Positions 1 through 8,933 of a stretch of DNA of 37,059 bases are shown here, in pieces (position 1 is the stretch's first letter; each line of letters opens with the position of its first letter). A program made the translations under genes and the position numbers. This DNA is from an uncultured Candidatus Peribacteria bacterium (GTDB taxonomy: Bacteria; Patescibacteriota; Gracilibacteria; Peribacterales; Peribacteraceae), in assembly GCA_964388495.1 (NCBI GenBank), contig CAYMAT010000007.1, forward strand, positions 1 to 37,059, given 5' to 3'. The notes beneath the pieces were generated by a model, which made no database searches, was not told the origin of the DNA, and saw only the letters and a list, made by a program, of their open reading frames with translations.

Positions 1-26
1 ATGTACGGACAATGTAGAGACATACA

Positions 27-61
27 TTGACATATATAATTTTATATATTATTAAATATAT
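27..61 (+). promoter_or_regulatory. Sigma70-like promoter for the 62..1312 ORF. TTGACA at 27-32 is followed by an A/T-only stretch with several -10-like hexamers that runs up to the ATG.
   Basis: Perfect TTGACA at 27-32. Positions 33-61 are pure A/T (tatataattttatatattattaaatatat). There is no purine-rich SD before ATG 62. Confidence 0.5.
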
Positions 62-1312
62 ATGGAGAAAAAAGACCATTGGTTAAGCGAGGAGGCATTG
101 GAACTACTGACAAAGGCAATCCAGGAAAAAAGGATAAGCATCCAATCCCTAGAAGAGGACATACGGACTTTGATGAATTTAACGATCATGTTTCCCTCCA
201 ATGGCCAGGCAGGGTTTAAGGAAGCACTCCCCCACATACCCCCTGCCCCCAAGCTGTTGCCCGAACGACTGACGGAAGATCCCAAACATGCAGAGAGCCC
301 TTATCCGGGTCTTTTGACTCTCTTAGATTTCATGAAGCAGGCATACGTGAGTGATACACAGACCACGGAGGCGCAAATGCAAGGAACTATCCCGCAACAG
401 ATTCGCCACATAGTCCGCAGAGACACCCAGGACTGGCTCAAGCAAGAAATACTGAATCTTTGGCAATTGATGCTGCCGTTCAGGAAAAAATCATTTTTCT
501 ATATCCCCGTTGATTCCGGATACCGGCTGGACTATCCAGACCCCGACAGTGCGATGTTTGACGATTACCTTTTCGACAAAATCCCCATCAATGACCGATT
601 CCATGAATACTGCAGAACTGAAGATCCTGACTCCCTAAATGCAGTCCTCAAACAGATACTCTCTGTAAGCTGCATTGGCTTTACCGAAATGTGGTGGAGG
701 AAAAATATGCACACAAAAGAATATAAAGACATGCAAACCATCTTTGCGGCAACGGAAATGCAGCCCGCTGACGCCATCACGCGCGGTTTTTCCTCTGCCC
801 TGGATTTTGGCATGGAAACACTCCATTTCACCGTCATGAGCCATGCGAAAAGCCAGGGATCCCCGGATGACTCTTTGTATGCCCACATCACGCAGCTGCA
901 CAAAAAATTGCAAATGATGGTAGCGGGCAACTTGGGACTCCAGTCATTTGCGCGCCTGGAACACGGACTGACGACCAGCTACACACCGCTCACTCTCAGC
1001 ATCATGAAAAAAAATACCACTCCAGATAAATGGGCGTATCTCAAGCGCGATTCTCAGAATAGAGAGGATTCGTCTTTGGGGGGGATCAACCCCGCACTAT
1101 GTCTCACGCGGTACGTTCACGTGCAGGAGAAAAGCGTTCCCGTGTTTGACGTGGATCTGTCCAAATTCGATAAGGATTTTTTGGAATATTTCCACTTCCG
1201 GCAATCGCAGCGCGGCTGTCCAGCGCTCCCCGTCATTCCGGAATTCCTGGAAACCGTGTATCACATTTACAAGGCAACCATACTGCCCGTCATCCGGAAA
1301 CACTATCGCTAG
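62..1312 (+). CDS. Hypothetical protein (416 aa), orphan with no recognisable motif
   Basis: Long uninterrupted ORF with its own promoter. It is more AT-rich than its neighbours. The overlapping antisense ORFs are short. It is convergent with the next gene, with 1 nt between the stops. Confidence 0.7.
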   Translation: MEKKDHWLSEEALELLTKAIQEKRISIQSLEEDIRTLMNLTIMFPSNGQAGFKEALPHIPPAPKLLPERLTEDPKHAESPYPGLLTLLDFMKQAYVSDTQTTEAQMQGTIPQQIRHIVRRDTQDWLKQEILNLWQLMLPFRKKSFFYIPVDSGYRLDYPDPDSAMFDDYLFDKIPINDRFHEYCRTEDPDSLNAVLKQILSVSCIGFTEMWWRKNMHTKEYKDMQTIFAATEMQPADAITRGFSSALDFGMETLHFTVMSHAKSQGSPDDSLYAHITQLHKKLQMMVAGNLGLQSFARLEHGLTTSYTPLTLSIMKKNTTPDKWAYLKRDSQNREDSSLGGINPALCLTRYVHVQEKSVPVFDVDLSKFDKDFLEYFHFRQSQRGCPALPVIPEFLETVYHIYKATILPVIRKHYR

Positions 1313-1313
1313 A

Positions 1314-2705
1314 TCAGAAGAGGAACCTCTCGTTCCTGGGCCTCTGCTGGAGGGACATCGCAAGCATAATCCACGCGGTGTACGCAACGGCACTGTCTTC
1401 AAATGCATGCAGGAAGAGCGATGCAAGTGCCAATGCGGCAAAGGAGAGCGCGGCAATGCGGTGCGTGGGTGACGTGCCAAACAGCGAGAAACTGCGGATA
1501 AGCCCCAGACCCGTGAGGATCAGCCACAGCGCCATGCCCGTTACACCCAACTCCACGCCTATCTGCAGATACCAGTTCTCCGGCAGAAACGCGCAGTGGC
1601 ATGTGCGCTCGTGTACGGCGGGCACCACCTGCTCCCCTCCCACAAACACGCACAAGGTCGACTCATTGGGCTGCAGCCAGTCGAGTGGTCCCTCCTCAAG
1701 ATACACACAGGCATCGCTTGTGCGGTTGGCGGCGGGGCCGACTGAGCCCAGTCCCATACCCAGCGGGTTCCGGACAATGGCGGCGATGGCGGCCAGTGGA
1801 CGCTGCAGATGATCCTTATTGGAGACGGCCCGGTTGAGTGCCTGCGGAAAGAGCACCACCACCGCAGCCACAGCAACAACGGCGCAGGAAAACCCCGCCA
1901 GGAGAAGTTTTTCACGGATCATCCCCGATGTGAGCAGCATAATGGAGAGCATTGTCACCACCGCGGCGCCCAGCCAAGCCGAGCGGGAGAAGGAAAAGAG
2001 GATGGCAAGACCGATGAGCAGGACGATGACGAGACGGCTCATGCTTTTGCCTTTTTTCCAGGTGGCGAAGCAGGCCGCCAGAGGGAAGAGCATCCACAGT
2101 CCCAGTTGGTTGGGGCCGCTGAGCGTTGCCTGCATGCGGCGCAGTCCGTCCGGTCCGCCAATCTTCTGGAATGCGGCCAAGGGGCCATTGGGTTGATAGA
2201 GCGAATGTGCGTCGGAATAGCCGAGCCAGGTGAAAAAGGCGTCCGGCACAAAGAGCGTTGCCAGGCCTTCCAGGGCAATCAATGAACCCGCAAAAATGAC
2301 TACCGTGGGGACCCATGCACGGAAGACATCACTCCAGGGCAGGCGGCGCAGGAGCAAAAACGCCAGGAGCGGGATGAAGTCATACTTGAATCCGTATGCG
2401 AAGGACGGCAGCGAGACGGGTGCGTGGTACTGCAGTACGGCGGCAATTGCCAAAAGCCCCAAAATGCAGAGATCCATGCCGTCAAAGAAGGACTCCAGCA
2501 GCTTGTCCCCAAAGCGGGCGATGATTTCGATGAATGCCAGCAAAAGGATCACGGCCAAAAGACCTTCCTTCCAAACCGCCAGCGCGCTCATGGGCGCGTG
2601 ACCGGGGCCTTGGATCACTCTTGTCCCGATCGTCACCAAAAACGCATGGAACGGGAGGAGTGCGAGGAGCGCCAGAGTGAGGATTTCACGGATTCTCTGC
2701 AGCAT
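1314..2705 (-). CDS. O-antigen ligase / polymerase-like (Wzy_C family) polytopic membrane protein
   Basis: 463 aa with at least 10 hydrophobic helices. It carries the characteristic motif FSFSRSAWLGAAVV followed by a periplasmic loop. Confidence 0.65.
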   Translation of the reverse strand: MLQRIREILTLALLALLPFHAFLVTIGTRVIQGPGHAPMSALAVWKEGLLAVILLLAFIEIIARFGDKLLESFFDGMDLCILGLLAIAAVLQYHAPVSLPSFAYGFKYDFIPLLAFLLLRRLPWSDVFRAWVPTVVIFAGSLIALEGLATLFVPDAFFTWLGYSDAHSLYQPNGPLAAFQKIGGPDGLRRMQATLSGPNQLGLWMLFPLAACFATWKKGKSMSRLVIVLLIGLAILFSFSRSAWLGAAVVTMLSIMLLTSGMIREKLLLAGFSCAVVAVAAVVVLFPQALNRAVSNKDHLQRPLAAIAAIVRNPLGMGLGSVGPAANRTSDACVYLEEGPLDWLQPNESTLCVFVGGEQVVPAVHERTCHCAFLPENWYLQIGVELGVTGMALWLILTGLGLIRSFSLFGTSPTHRIAALSFAALALASLFLHAFEDSAVAYTAWIMLAMSLQQRPRNERFLF

Positions 2706-2747
2706 GGATTGCTCGGAATTATCAATTATCCATTTTCCATTATCAAT

Positions 2748-4076
2748 TTACATTCCCAATCGCGCGGATTCGTCGCGGAAAACTTCCTGCTTTTTCAGCA
2801 CCTTTTCCACGGCATCAATGCACTTTTTGCTGACATTCTTGCCGTAGATCTTGGGTGCTTTTCGGAGCGATTCGTTATCCCAGGCGAATTCGATAATCTT
2901 CTTGATGACCGCGGAATCGACCGGCGGCGCGATGATGTTTCCTCCGCACATGATGGACTCGCTGCGGTCGGAACCGAACCGGAGCGTGACGCATGGAATG
3001 CCCATCGCGTTCATCTCCTCCTGCATGGAACCGGAATCCGTGGCGCAGACCGCGGCTTTGGTCATGGCGGCAATCACATCCACGTACTCCGCCCACACGG
3101 GCGAGAGAATGAAGTTCTTATGCTTTTTGGCAAGTGCTTCCACTTCTTTCTTGAGGCCAAAACGCTCAAATGCCAGCTCGGTTTGGATCATGGAAATGAG
3201 GAGAACCTTTCTCCCCTCTTCAATGAGCGCCTTCATGGCGTTATAGATGGCCATGAAACGCTTCTCGCTGATGCAGTTCTCTCGCCTGTGGATGCAGAAC
3301 CGCACAAAGTCGCCGTCTTTCAGCTCCGGATGCCGCTCAAAGACTGTCGATTCCTTCACGCGTGCCATCGCCTCCTCTGTGGCATCCACTACCGAGTTGC
3401 CCACCACAAATATCCGATCCTCGGAAAACCCCTCACTCAGCATGAACTCACGATCCAGCTCCACGGGCGCCAGGTGGATACCCGTGCCGGCCTCGCTGCA
3501 GCGCGTGTTGAACTGCTCCGGATACGGCTCCTGCGACCCCCTTCTCCAGTTTTTCTGATCCTGAAGAAATGCGTACCATTTTTCGGGCTGGCCGCTGATC
3601 GCTGACAGCTCATAGCTCGCATAATCCGGCGTCAGCGTGCGGATGCCCGCCTCCACATGGACGGAACTGAAACCGTGGCAGTAACCGGCATTGCTAGCGG
3701 CCATGGCTGTTGTGGTGTCTCCGTGCACATAAGGGATGACGATTTTCCCCTGCTTTTTCATCTCGTCGATGACGGAGCCGAGTCTCCCGATGATCTGACT
3801 GACCACTTCGTACATCTGCCCGCGGACGTTGAGGTTGAAATCCGGCTGCACGCCAAACTCCTTGAGCATTCCCCCACTCAGGTTCTCGTCATAATGCTGG
3901 CCCGTGTGCCCCAAGACCACACAGTGACCACGCTTTTGGAGCTCCTTATAAAGTGGCACCTGCTTGATGATGTCCGGCTTGGTGGCGATGAGGATCAGGT
4001 GCACGTGCTTATCCGGATGCGCGGCGAGATCCTGTAAAAATGTGGCTTTGGTAAACGTCGTTTCAGGCACGGGCAT
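2748..4076 (-). CDS. wecB: UDP-N-acetylglucosamine 2-epimerase (non-hydrolysing)
   Basis: The sequence HVHLILIATKPDIIKQVPLYKEL...VVLGHTGQHYDENLS...FGVQPDFNLNV...HVEAGIRT... is typical of WecB/MnaA. I place the start at the ATG at 4076 (MPVPETT). The 72-codon upstream extension in the ORF track is Arg/Ser/Cys-rich junk. Confidence 0.85.
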   Translation of the reverse strand: MPVPETTFTKATFLQDLAAHPDKHVHLILIATKPDIIKQVPLYKELQKRGHCVVLGHTGQHYDENLSGGMLKEFGVQPDFNLNVRGQMYEVVSQIIGRLGSVIDEMKKQGKIVIPYVHGDTTTAMAASNAGYCHGFSSVHVEAGIRTLTPDYASYELSAISGQPEKWYAFLQDQKNWRRGSQEPYPEQFNTRCSEAGTGIHLAPVELDREFMLSEGFSEDRIFVVGNSVVDATEEAMARVKESTVFERHPELKDGDFVRFCIHRRENCISEKRFMAIYNAMKALIEEGRKVLLISMIQTELAFERFGLKKEVEALAKKHKNFILSPVWAEYVDVIAAMTKAAVCATDSGSMQEEMNAMGIPCVTLRFGSDRSESIMCGGNIIAPPVDSAVIKKIIEFAWDNESLRKAPKIYGKNVSKKCIDAVEKVLKKQEVFRDESARLGM

Positions 4077-4122
4077 AGCATACAGTGACGGAGCCGGAGG
4101 GAAAGAGATAGTGTCCTGCGCT

Positions 4123-4473
4123 ATGGGTCGTCCATCCAAGATCACGCTTCTGGCCAAACGCGAGCCCGTGGCTCCGCTCACGCATCCGGGGCAAAAAGAA
4201 CTGGTGCAGGATAAGTTGCGCGATCTGGCCCGCAACAAGGAATTGGTAGCAGCGCTCGCAAAAATCCTGGATGACACACAAAGCAGTCGCAAAACGGTGG
4301 GAATTACTGATCATGTTCTTAGTGTTTCACTCCGGGGCTTTGAAAATCAGATCAAAAGCCTGCTGGAAAAGGCAGAAAAAACATTGGGTGAGCGTCTGAT
4401 CATCAAGGAGCCACCAAAAAATGATTTCAGAAATACAGAGAAGGCCGATCCGGCTGAGCGCGCGGCCAGTTAA
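4123..4473 (+). CDS. Small hypothetical protein (116 aa), MGRPSK... N-terminus, Lys/Glu-rich and helical
   Basis: It fills an otherwise roughly 400-bp gap. Third codon positions look GC-biased by eye. GATAGT at 4107-4112 lies 10 nt upstream of the ATG. No homolog recognised. Confidence 0.4.
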   Translation: MGRPSKITLLAKREPVAPLTHPGQKELVQDKLRDLARNKELVAALAKILDDTQSSRKTVGITDHVLSVSLRGFENQIKSLLEKAEKTLGERLIIKEPPKNDFRNTEKADPAERAAS

Positions 4474-4476
4474 ACA

Positions 4477-5121
4477 TCAACGAATGTTCGCCGTGCTCTT
4501 CTGCTCCATGCCGGGCACCGCGCGGATTTCCTTACCCGTCACTTTTCCGTCTTTGAACGTGTAGACGATGGGCGTGACCAGCGGGATTTCGAACGTAGCC
4601 GCTTCTTCTTCGCTCAAATTATCCAGATACATGATGATGGGGCGGAGGCTATTGCCGTGTGCCACCACTAGCACGGTGTTTTCGCCCGTGATTTCCGGAA
4701 CGATGTACTGCTTGTAGAACGGCAGTGTGCGGCGGACGCAGTCCTCAATGCTCTCACCGTTGGGAGGACGGATGGAATAGCTCCGGCGCCACTGCTTCAC
4801 CTGTTCCTCGCCGTACTTCTTAATGGTATCGGCCTTGTTGAGTCCCTGCAGGTCCCCGTAGTGGCGCTCGTTCAGCGCGGAATCCAGAACAGGAACGGCA
4901 TCACAGGAGCCATATCCCTCCAGCACTCCCTTATACGTATTTTGCGCACGCTTGAGGCGCGAGATAAAGACTTTGTCGAAGGTGAAACCTGTAAGGCTCT
5001 TACCGGCCAACACCGAGTCTTTCTTTCCCGCATCAGAAAGCTCCACATCCGTCCAGCCGGTAAAGCGGTTTTCCAGGTTCCATTGCGACTGTCCGTGACG
5101 GAGGAGGATGAGGGTAGCCAT
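4477..5121 (-). CDS. gpmA: 2,3-bisphosphoglycerate-dependent phosphoglycerate mutase
   Basis: N-terminus MATLILLRHGQSQWNLENRFTGWTDVELS with the RHG catalytic motif, then ...VVAHGNSLRPIIMYL. Confidence 0.9.
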   Translation of the reverse strand: MATLILLRHGQSQWNLENRFTGWTDVELSDAGKKDSVLAGKSLTGFTFDKVFISRLKRAQNTYKGVLEGYGSCDAVPVLDSALNERHYGDLQGLNKADTIKKYGEEQVKQWRRSYSIRPPNGESIEDCVRRTLPFYKQYIVPEITGENTVLVVAHGNSLRPIIMYLDNLSEEEAATFEIPLVTPIVYTFKDGKVTGKEIRAVPGMEQKSTANIR

Positions 5122-5191
5122 AGGCCTATGGTAGAGCCAAAAAAGCTCATGATCTAGCTGAATGCAGCTATATATCTAAAATTCAGTTTTA

Positions 5192-5200
5192 TGGTATAAT
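5192..5200 (+). promoter_or_regulatory. Extended -10 promoter element (TGgTATAAT) for the 5213 ORF
   Basis: tggtataat at 5192-5200, 12 nt before ATG 5213, with no SD in between. A 6-bp inverted repeat tagctg-aatg-cagcta at 5154-5169 lies in the same divergent intergenic region. Confidence 0.5.
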
Positions 5201-5212
5201 TATAAAGTAAGC

Positions 5213-7510
5213 ATGGACAAGCAATCATCACCAATTAATGGCCTAGAGGCACTGGAAAGCTTGTCGCAAAAATTGTCGACACTGGAAAAACAATATGGAT
5301 CGGAAAAGGAACTCCTCATGCACATCAGCACGGAATGGACACACTCCCCTGTGCGAAATTGGCTACTGGAGAATTATGATGAATGCGAGGAAGGAGTCAT
5401 GGGCGCCCTTTCCCATCCGCACAAAAGTACACTGCGCCACAGCATGTCGGATTTGAACGAATTCTGTCGCGAACTCCTAGAAAAATCCCATACAGAAAAT
5501 AATGACATATCGCGGCAAATGATGATCGGCGCGATCGCGCAAAACATGCAGATTATTTTGAATGAACTTATCAAATATGTACCAAGGAATTTAGTACATG
5601 CTAAAAAAGATGCGAACGCCATGGGAAGAAGTATTCCAAACGACGGAGCACGGGGAGAGCTAGAAAGGAAATCTGCATTTTCTGCCACCATCCGGAACAA
5701 TTGGAATGATGAGTGGAGATCTTCCGAATCAAAAAAGGAATTTGCTGACGCGCTCAGAAGTCGAGTGGGTACTCTCACGCTGGATGGTCGGTTTCGCAAA
5801 GAATACCAAAACTTCACCGTCGTCTTTGAAGTGCAAAATTGTTTCAATGCAGAAGAAAACAAGAGCTGGTCCGAAGCTCCTGAAGAAAAAGTATACATTC
5901 GCACATATGAGGACGACGAAATGCATCACATATTTGAAGCAACGTTCGAATATGCGACGACTTTTCCTTCCGATGGAGTCATCCTCTTGCCGCGTGTCTA
6001 CGGTCACCATCAGGAGAACTCCCGCGCTTCATCCGTGAGCATCGCCTATCCCGAAGAAGTGTATATTATGGATAAGCATGAAAATATCGCTAACACAGCC
6101 ACATTTACACGAGACGCATTAGGCAATTATCGTGCACGCTTTTCACCGGAAACTATTTCCGAGAATGTCGGAAAAGAACTGCGTGTTTTTGTGCACTGCG
6201 AAATCTGTAATCTTGAACTTGAAGAAAAATATCTGGGATCAGCCGCATCGGGGAAAATCCATGCGCCCCTTCTCACATTGCCGGAAAATCTCGCTCAGGC
6301 ATCTGTGTACGATTTGCCCGCGATTATTGGAACGCAGGCGGTCTATGACTGCTGCGACGTAAAGCCCACTCCAATCACTCCTCTGGGTGCCACCAAAGCC
6401 GACATGGTACTTGAACAGCAGCGCGCATCCTGCGTGGGTTCTCATCAACTACTGATTGCGGCTATATGCGCAAAAGAACCTAAAAGATTGATAGGCCTGG
6501 TGCGCGGATATTCCTGTGTAGGAAAAGATGTAATACCCGTGATGCAAGCGAATAGTCATGTGAATGTACTCATAGATCAAAATATTATTTTAGATGCCAC
6601 GCCCTGGTCCCAGAAATCACACCACGAACATCAACATAATATTCTCATCTATAAATTTATTGGAAATACGCTTAAAGAAATACAGGCGAGAGTCATAGAA
6701 GAGAGGAAAAACAAAGGTCTACCGGTCATGTATCCCGGATCGGATCTGCATACTCAACTTCAAACACTGGATAATAGAAGTATATGGGGAGACTTTTCGC
6801 CAAACATCTGCCCTTCTGAATGCATTGATCAGAAGAATGTTTTAAAGAATTTTGCGCTCACTATTTCCGCAGACAGCATTTCGCAGAGAAGGCAGCCTGA
6901 CGATGCAAAAAAACTGGAGGTACAATCGTGGTTCTCCGGAATGTGGACGAGCGACGAAATGGAGAGAGACGCGGAGGCAGTTGCCAGGCGCCACCAAGAC
7001 ATTGTGGCGAATAATATTCCGATCTATGCATGCATTGTTGATGAGATAGATAGGGTCAAAGCACAGTGGGTGGAGGAGTTTAAGGAAACATTTCAGAAAA
7101 CCATCGGCACCGTAAAAGAAGAATTCTGGAACGGCGCACCGTGGCTAAATCTGTTAGGCAAACCTTTTGATATCGAGGCATTGGAGCGTTTTTTTAAGAA
7201 CAATGAATCCACGGGGATTATCAACAATGGGTGGCCTCAGGCAGTGAGAGTGGGCATGTATTTTTCCAATGAAGAATGCTCAAAAACAATGGAACAAAGA
7301 TTGATATGGATACACGACTATCTTGCAAGCATGAAAAAATCTACAGATGCAGACACCTTGCCCTTTCCTGCTATGCAATTGCTACATAAGACAAAAACCA
7401 CCATTCCCTACGGCAAAAGAAAGACAACTGATCTTAATGCCGCAAAGCTCTATCAAGAGCTAAAAGAACATCTTCTGATAAAGGATCCCAAAACACCCAT
7501 AGAAGATTGA
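5213..7510 (+). CDS. Large hypothetical protein (765 aa) with a central transglutaminase-like Cys-His-Asp core
   Basis: Long AT-richer ORF. Residues about 403-465 read ASCVGSHQLLIAAICAKEPKRLIGLVRGYSC...ANSHVNVLIDQNIILDATPW. This fits the C..(F/H)A.L...R..GIPAR.V.GY....H.W.EV......DPT pattern. Confidence 0.75.
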   Translation: MDKQSSPINGLEALESLSQKLSTLEKQYGSEKELLMHISTEWTHSPVRNWLLENYDECEEGVMGALSHPHKSTLRHSMSDLNEFCRELLEKSHTENNDISRQMMIGAIAQNMQIILNELIKYVPRNLVHAKKDANAMGRSIPNDGARGELERKSAFSATIRNNWNDEWRSSESKKEFADALRSRVGTLTLDGRFRKEYQNFTVVFEVQNCFNAEENKSWSEAPEEKVYIRTYEDDEMHHIFEATFEYATTFPSDGVILLPRVYGHHQENSRASSVSIAYPEEVYIMDKHENIANTATFTRDALGNYRARFSPETISENVGKELRVFVHCEICNLELEEKYLGSAASGKIHAPLLTLPENLAQASVYDLPAIIGTQAVYDCCDVKPTPITPLGATKADMVLEQQRASCVGSHQLLIAAICAKEPKRLIGLVRGYSCVGKDVIPVMQANSHVNVLIDQNIILDATPWSQKSHHEHQHNILIYKFIGNTLKEIQARVIEERKNKGLPVMYPGSDLHTQLQTLDNRSIWGDFSPNICPSECIDQKNVLKNFALTISADSISQRRQPDDAKKLEVQSWFSGMWTSDEMERDAEAVARRHQDIVANNIPIYACIVDEIDRVKAQWVEEFKETFQKTIGTVKEEFWNGAPWLNLLGKPFDIEALERFFKNNESTGIINNGWPQAVRVGMYFSNEECSKTMEQRLIWIHDYLASMKKSTDADTLPFPAMQLLHKTKTTIPYGKRKTTDLNAAKLYQELKEHLLIKDPKTPIED

Positions 7511-7537
7511 GTGCTCGCAAAAGGGAGTGAATTCCGG

Positions 7538-7543
7538 TATAAT
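7538..7543 (+). promoter_or_regulatory. -10 box (TATAAT) for the 7552 ORF
   Basis: TATAAT at 7538-7543, 8 nt upstream of ATG 7552. Confidence 0.45.
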
Positions 7544-7551
7544 GATCAGAA

Positions 7552-7872
7552 ATGCACATGGAATTCTTCCCTCAACTCAAAAGCGCGCACGGCATGATCT
7601 GGGCGCTCCTGAGCAGCTGCCTGATTGTCGCCATAGCCGCCACGCTTGCCCGCGCCACCATCAACCTGCGCGGGGCGCTGACCGCGGATGACGCCAGTCT
7701 TGCCGTGATGCTGCTGCTCCCGGACGAGAACATCTCGGACATCACCATGATCAAGGCAGGCCCCGACACCGAGGAGTTTCTGGCGCAGACAAAGGAAGGA
7801 CCCAAACTGGTCCGCACCCAGAAAGAGAACGGGACCTGGCACGTCCAGGAGTTGATCAAGTTGCGTGAATAA
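7552..7872 (+). CDS. Small membrane-anchored hypothetical protein (106 aa)
   Basis: One N-terminal hydrophobic helix (MIWALLSSCLIVAIAATLA). A -10 box sits at leaderless distance. The competing antisense ORF 7546..7953 has junk composition. Confidence 0.5.
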   Translation: MHMEFFPQLKSAHGMIWALLSSCLIVAIAATLARATINLRGALTADDASLAVMLLLPDENISDITMIKAGPDTEEFLAQTKEGPKLVRTQKENGTWHVQELIKLRE

Positions 7873-8119
7873 TCCCCATTTTATGAAAGCAAAGCATCCA
7901 TCCATCGAGGAGGAGCTAGAAAAGTCCGCCGATGAAATCCAAGGCCATATCAATAAGCTCCCGCTTGATCAGCAGGAGAAGTTTGAAGGTCGTCTCGTCG
8001 CTTCACGGAATCTAATCGCTTCCGTTACAGGGGGAAAAACGGTGGATGAACAAGAGCTGCTGGCGTTGAAAGGAAGTTTTTCTAGACTCTTGAACGACGT
8101 GAAGAAAATCCAAAACTGA
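7865..8119 (+). CDS. Small helical hypothetical protein (84 aa; the start could be ATG 7883)
   Basis: The ORF overlaps the stop of the previous gene by 8 nt. Charged, helical composition. No homolog recognised. Confidence 0.4.
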   Translation: MNNPHFMKAKHPSIEEELEKSADEIQGHINKLPLDQQEKFEGRLVASRNLIASVTGGKTVDEQELLALKGSFSRLLNDVKKIQN

Positions 8120-8138
8120 ACAGACTTATTATGTGCTC

Positions 8139-8933
8139 TTAGGAAGCTTTTTTACCGCTGAGAACAAAAAAAGGGAAAACCACCACCGCGTTCCACATGC
8201 GCTTCCAGCGGGACGGCTCCTGCGCAAACCTCCAGGCCCATTCCAATCCGATCTTTTGGAGGAATATCGGAGCTCTCTTTTTCTCCCCCGCCAGAAAATC
8301 AAACGTCCCCCCCACCCCCATCGCCACTTTCACACTGGGCATGTCCTGTAAGTGACGATTGATCCAGATATCCTGCTGGGGCGCTCCAAATGCCACCAAC
8401 AGAAGATGCGGCCGAATGTCATTGACGGCACTGAGGATTTTTTCAGCATCGCATTCCTTTGGGGATCCGGACATTGTCATGACAATATTGAGCTCCGGAT
8501 TCATAGTCCTGAGTGCAAGTGCCGCCTTTTCCGCCACCCCCGGCGCAGCACCCAGGAGAAAAACACGCACCCCGTCATGGAGCTGCCTGCAGAGAGCTTG
8601 GACCGTGTCCGCACCCGTCACGCGTTCCGGAAGCGCCTGCCCCGTGAGACGCGCCATCCATACCAAGCCCTGACTGTCCGGCAGATTGAGGTCCGCGGAC
8701 CGCAGTACGCGCGCGAACTCCGGGTTACGGACGGATTCCACCAGCATTTCCGCATTGGGCGTCATCACGTGCCTGCCCGCCGAAGCTTTAGCGTTGGCGG
8801 GGTTCTCCCCTTCTTTTACATCAAGCATCTCCATCAAGCGTGTCACCGCCTCCTGTTGCGTGAGGGAATCGACAGGGATGCCCAGTATGTGGGATCGGGA
8901 ATTCACGAAAAAAGCGTACCACGGCGCGGCCAA
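8139..8933 (-). CDS. tagA: WecB/TagA/CpsF-family glycosyltransferase (UDP-ManNAc: lipid-linked GlcNAc ManNAc-transferase-like)
   Basis: ILGIPVDSLTQQEAV...VMTPNAEMLV...ADLNLPDSQGLVW...VFLLGAAPGVAEKAA...LLVAFGAPQQDIWI...VAMGVGGTFDFLAG..RAP...GLEWAWR. The start is uncertain. The ORF track uses TTG 8933, and GTG 8906 is an alternative. Confidence 0.85.
   Translation of the reverse strand: MAAPWYAFFVNSRSHILGIPVDSLTQQEAVTRLMEMLDVKEGENPANAKASAGRHVMTPNAEMLVESVRNPEFARVLRSADLNLPDSQGLVWMARLTGQALPERVTGADTVQALCRQLHDGVRVFLLGAAPGVAEKAALALRTMNPELNIVMTMSGSPKECDAEKILSAVNDIRPHLLLVAFGAPQQDIWINRHLQDMPSVKVAMGVGGTFDFLAGEKKRAPIFLQKIGLEWAWRFAQEPSRWKRMWNAVVVFPFFVLSGKKAS

Noticed and set aside
4077-4292. The 72-codon N-terminal extension of the UDP-GlcNAc 2-epimerase ORF
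   Set aside because: The extension is Ser/Arg/Cys-rich with no homology to WecB N-termini. The conserved Rossmann-like start of the family begins just after the Met at 4076. The extension would also overlap the candidate small ORF on the other strand.
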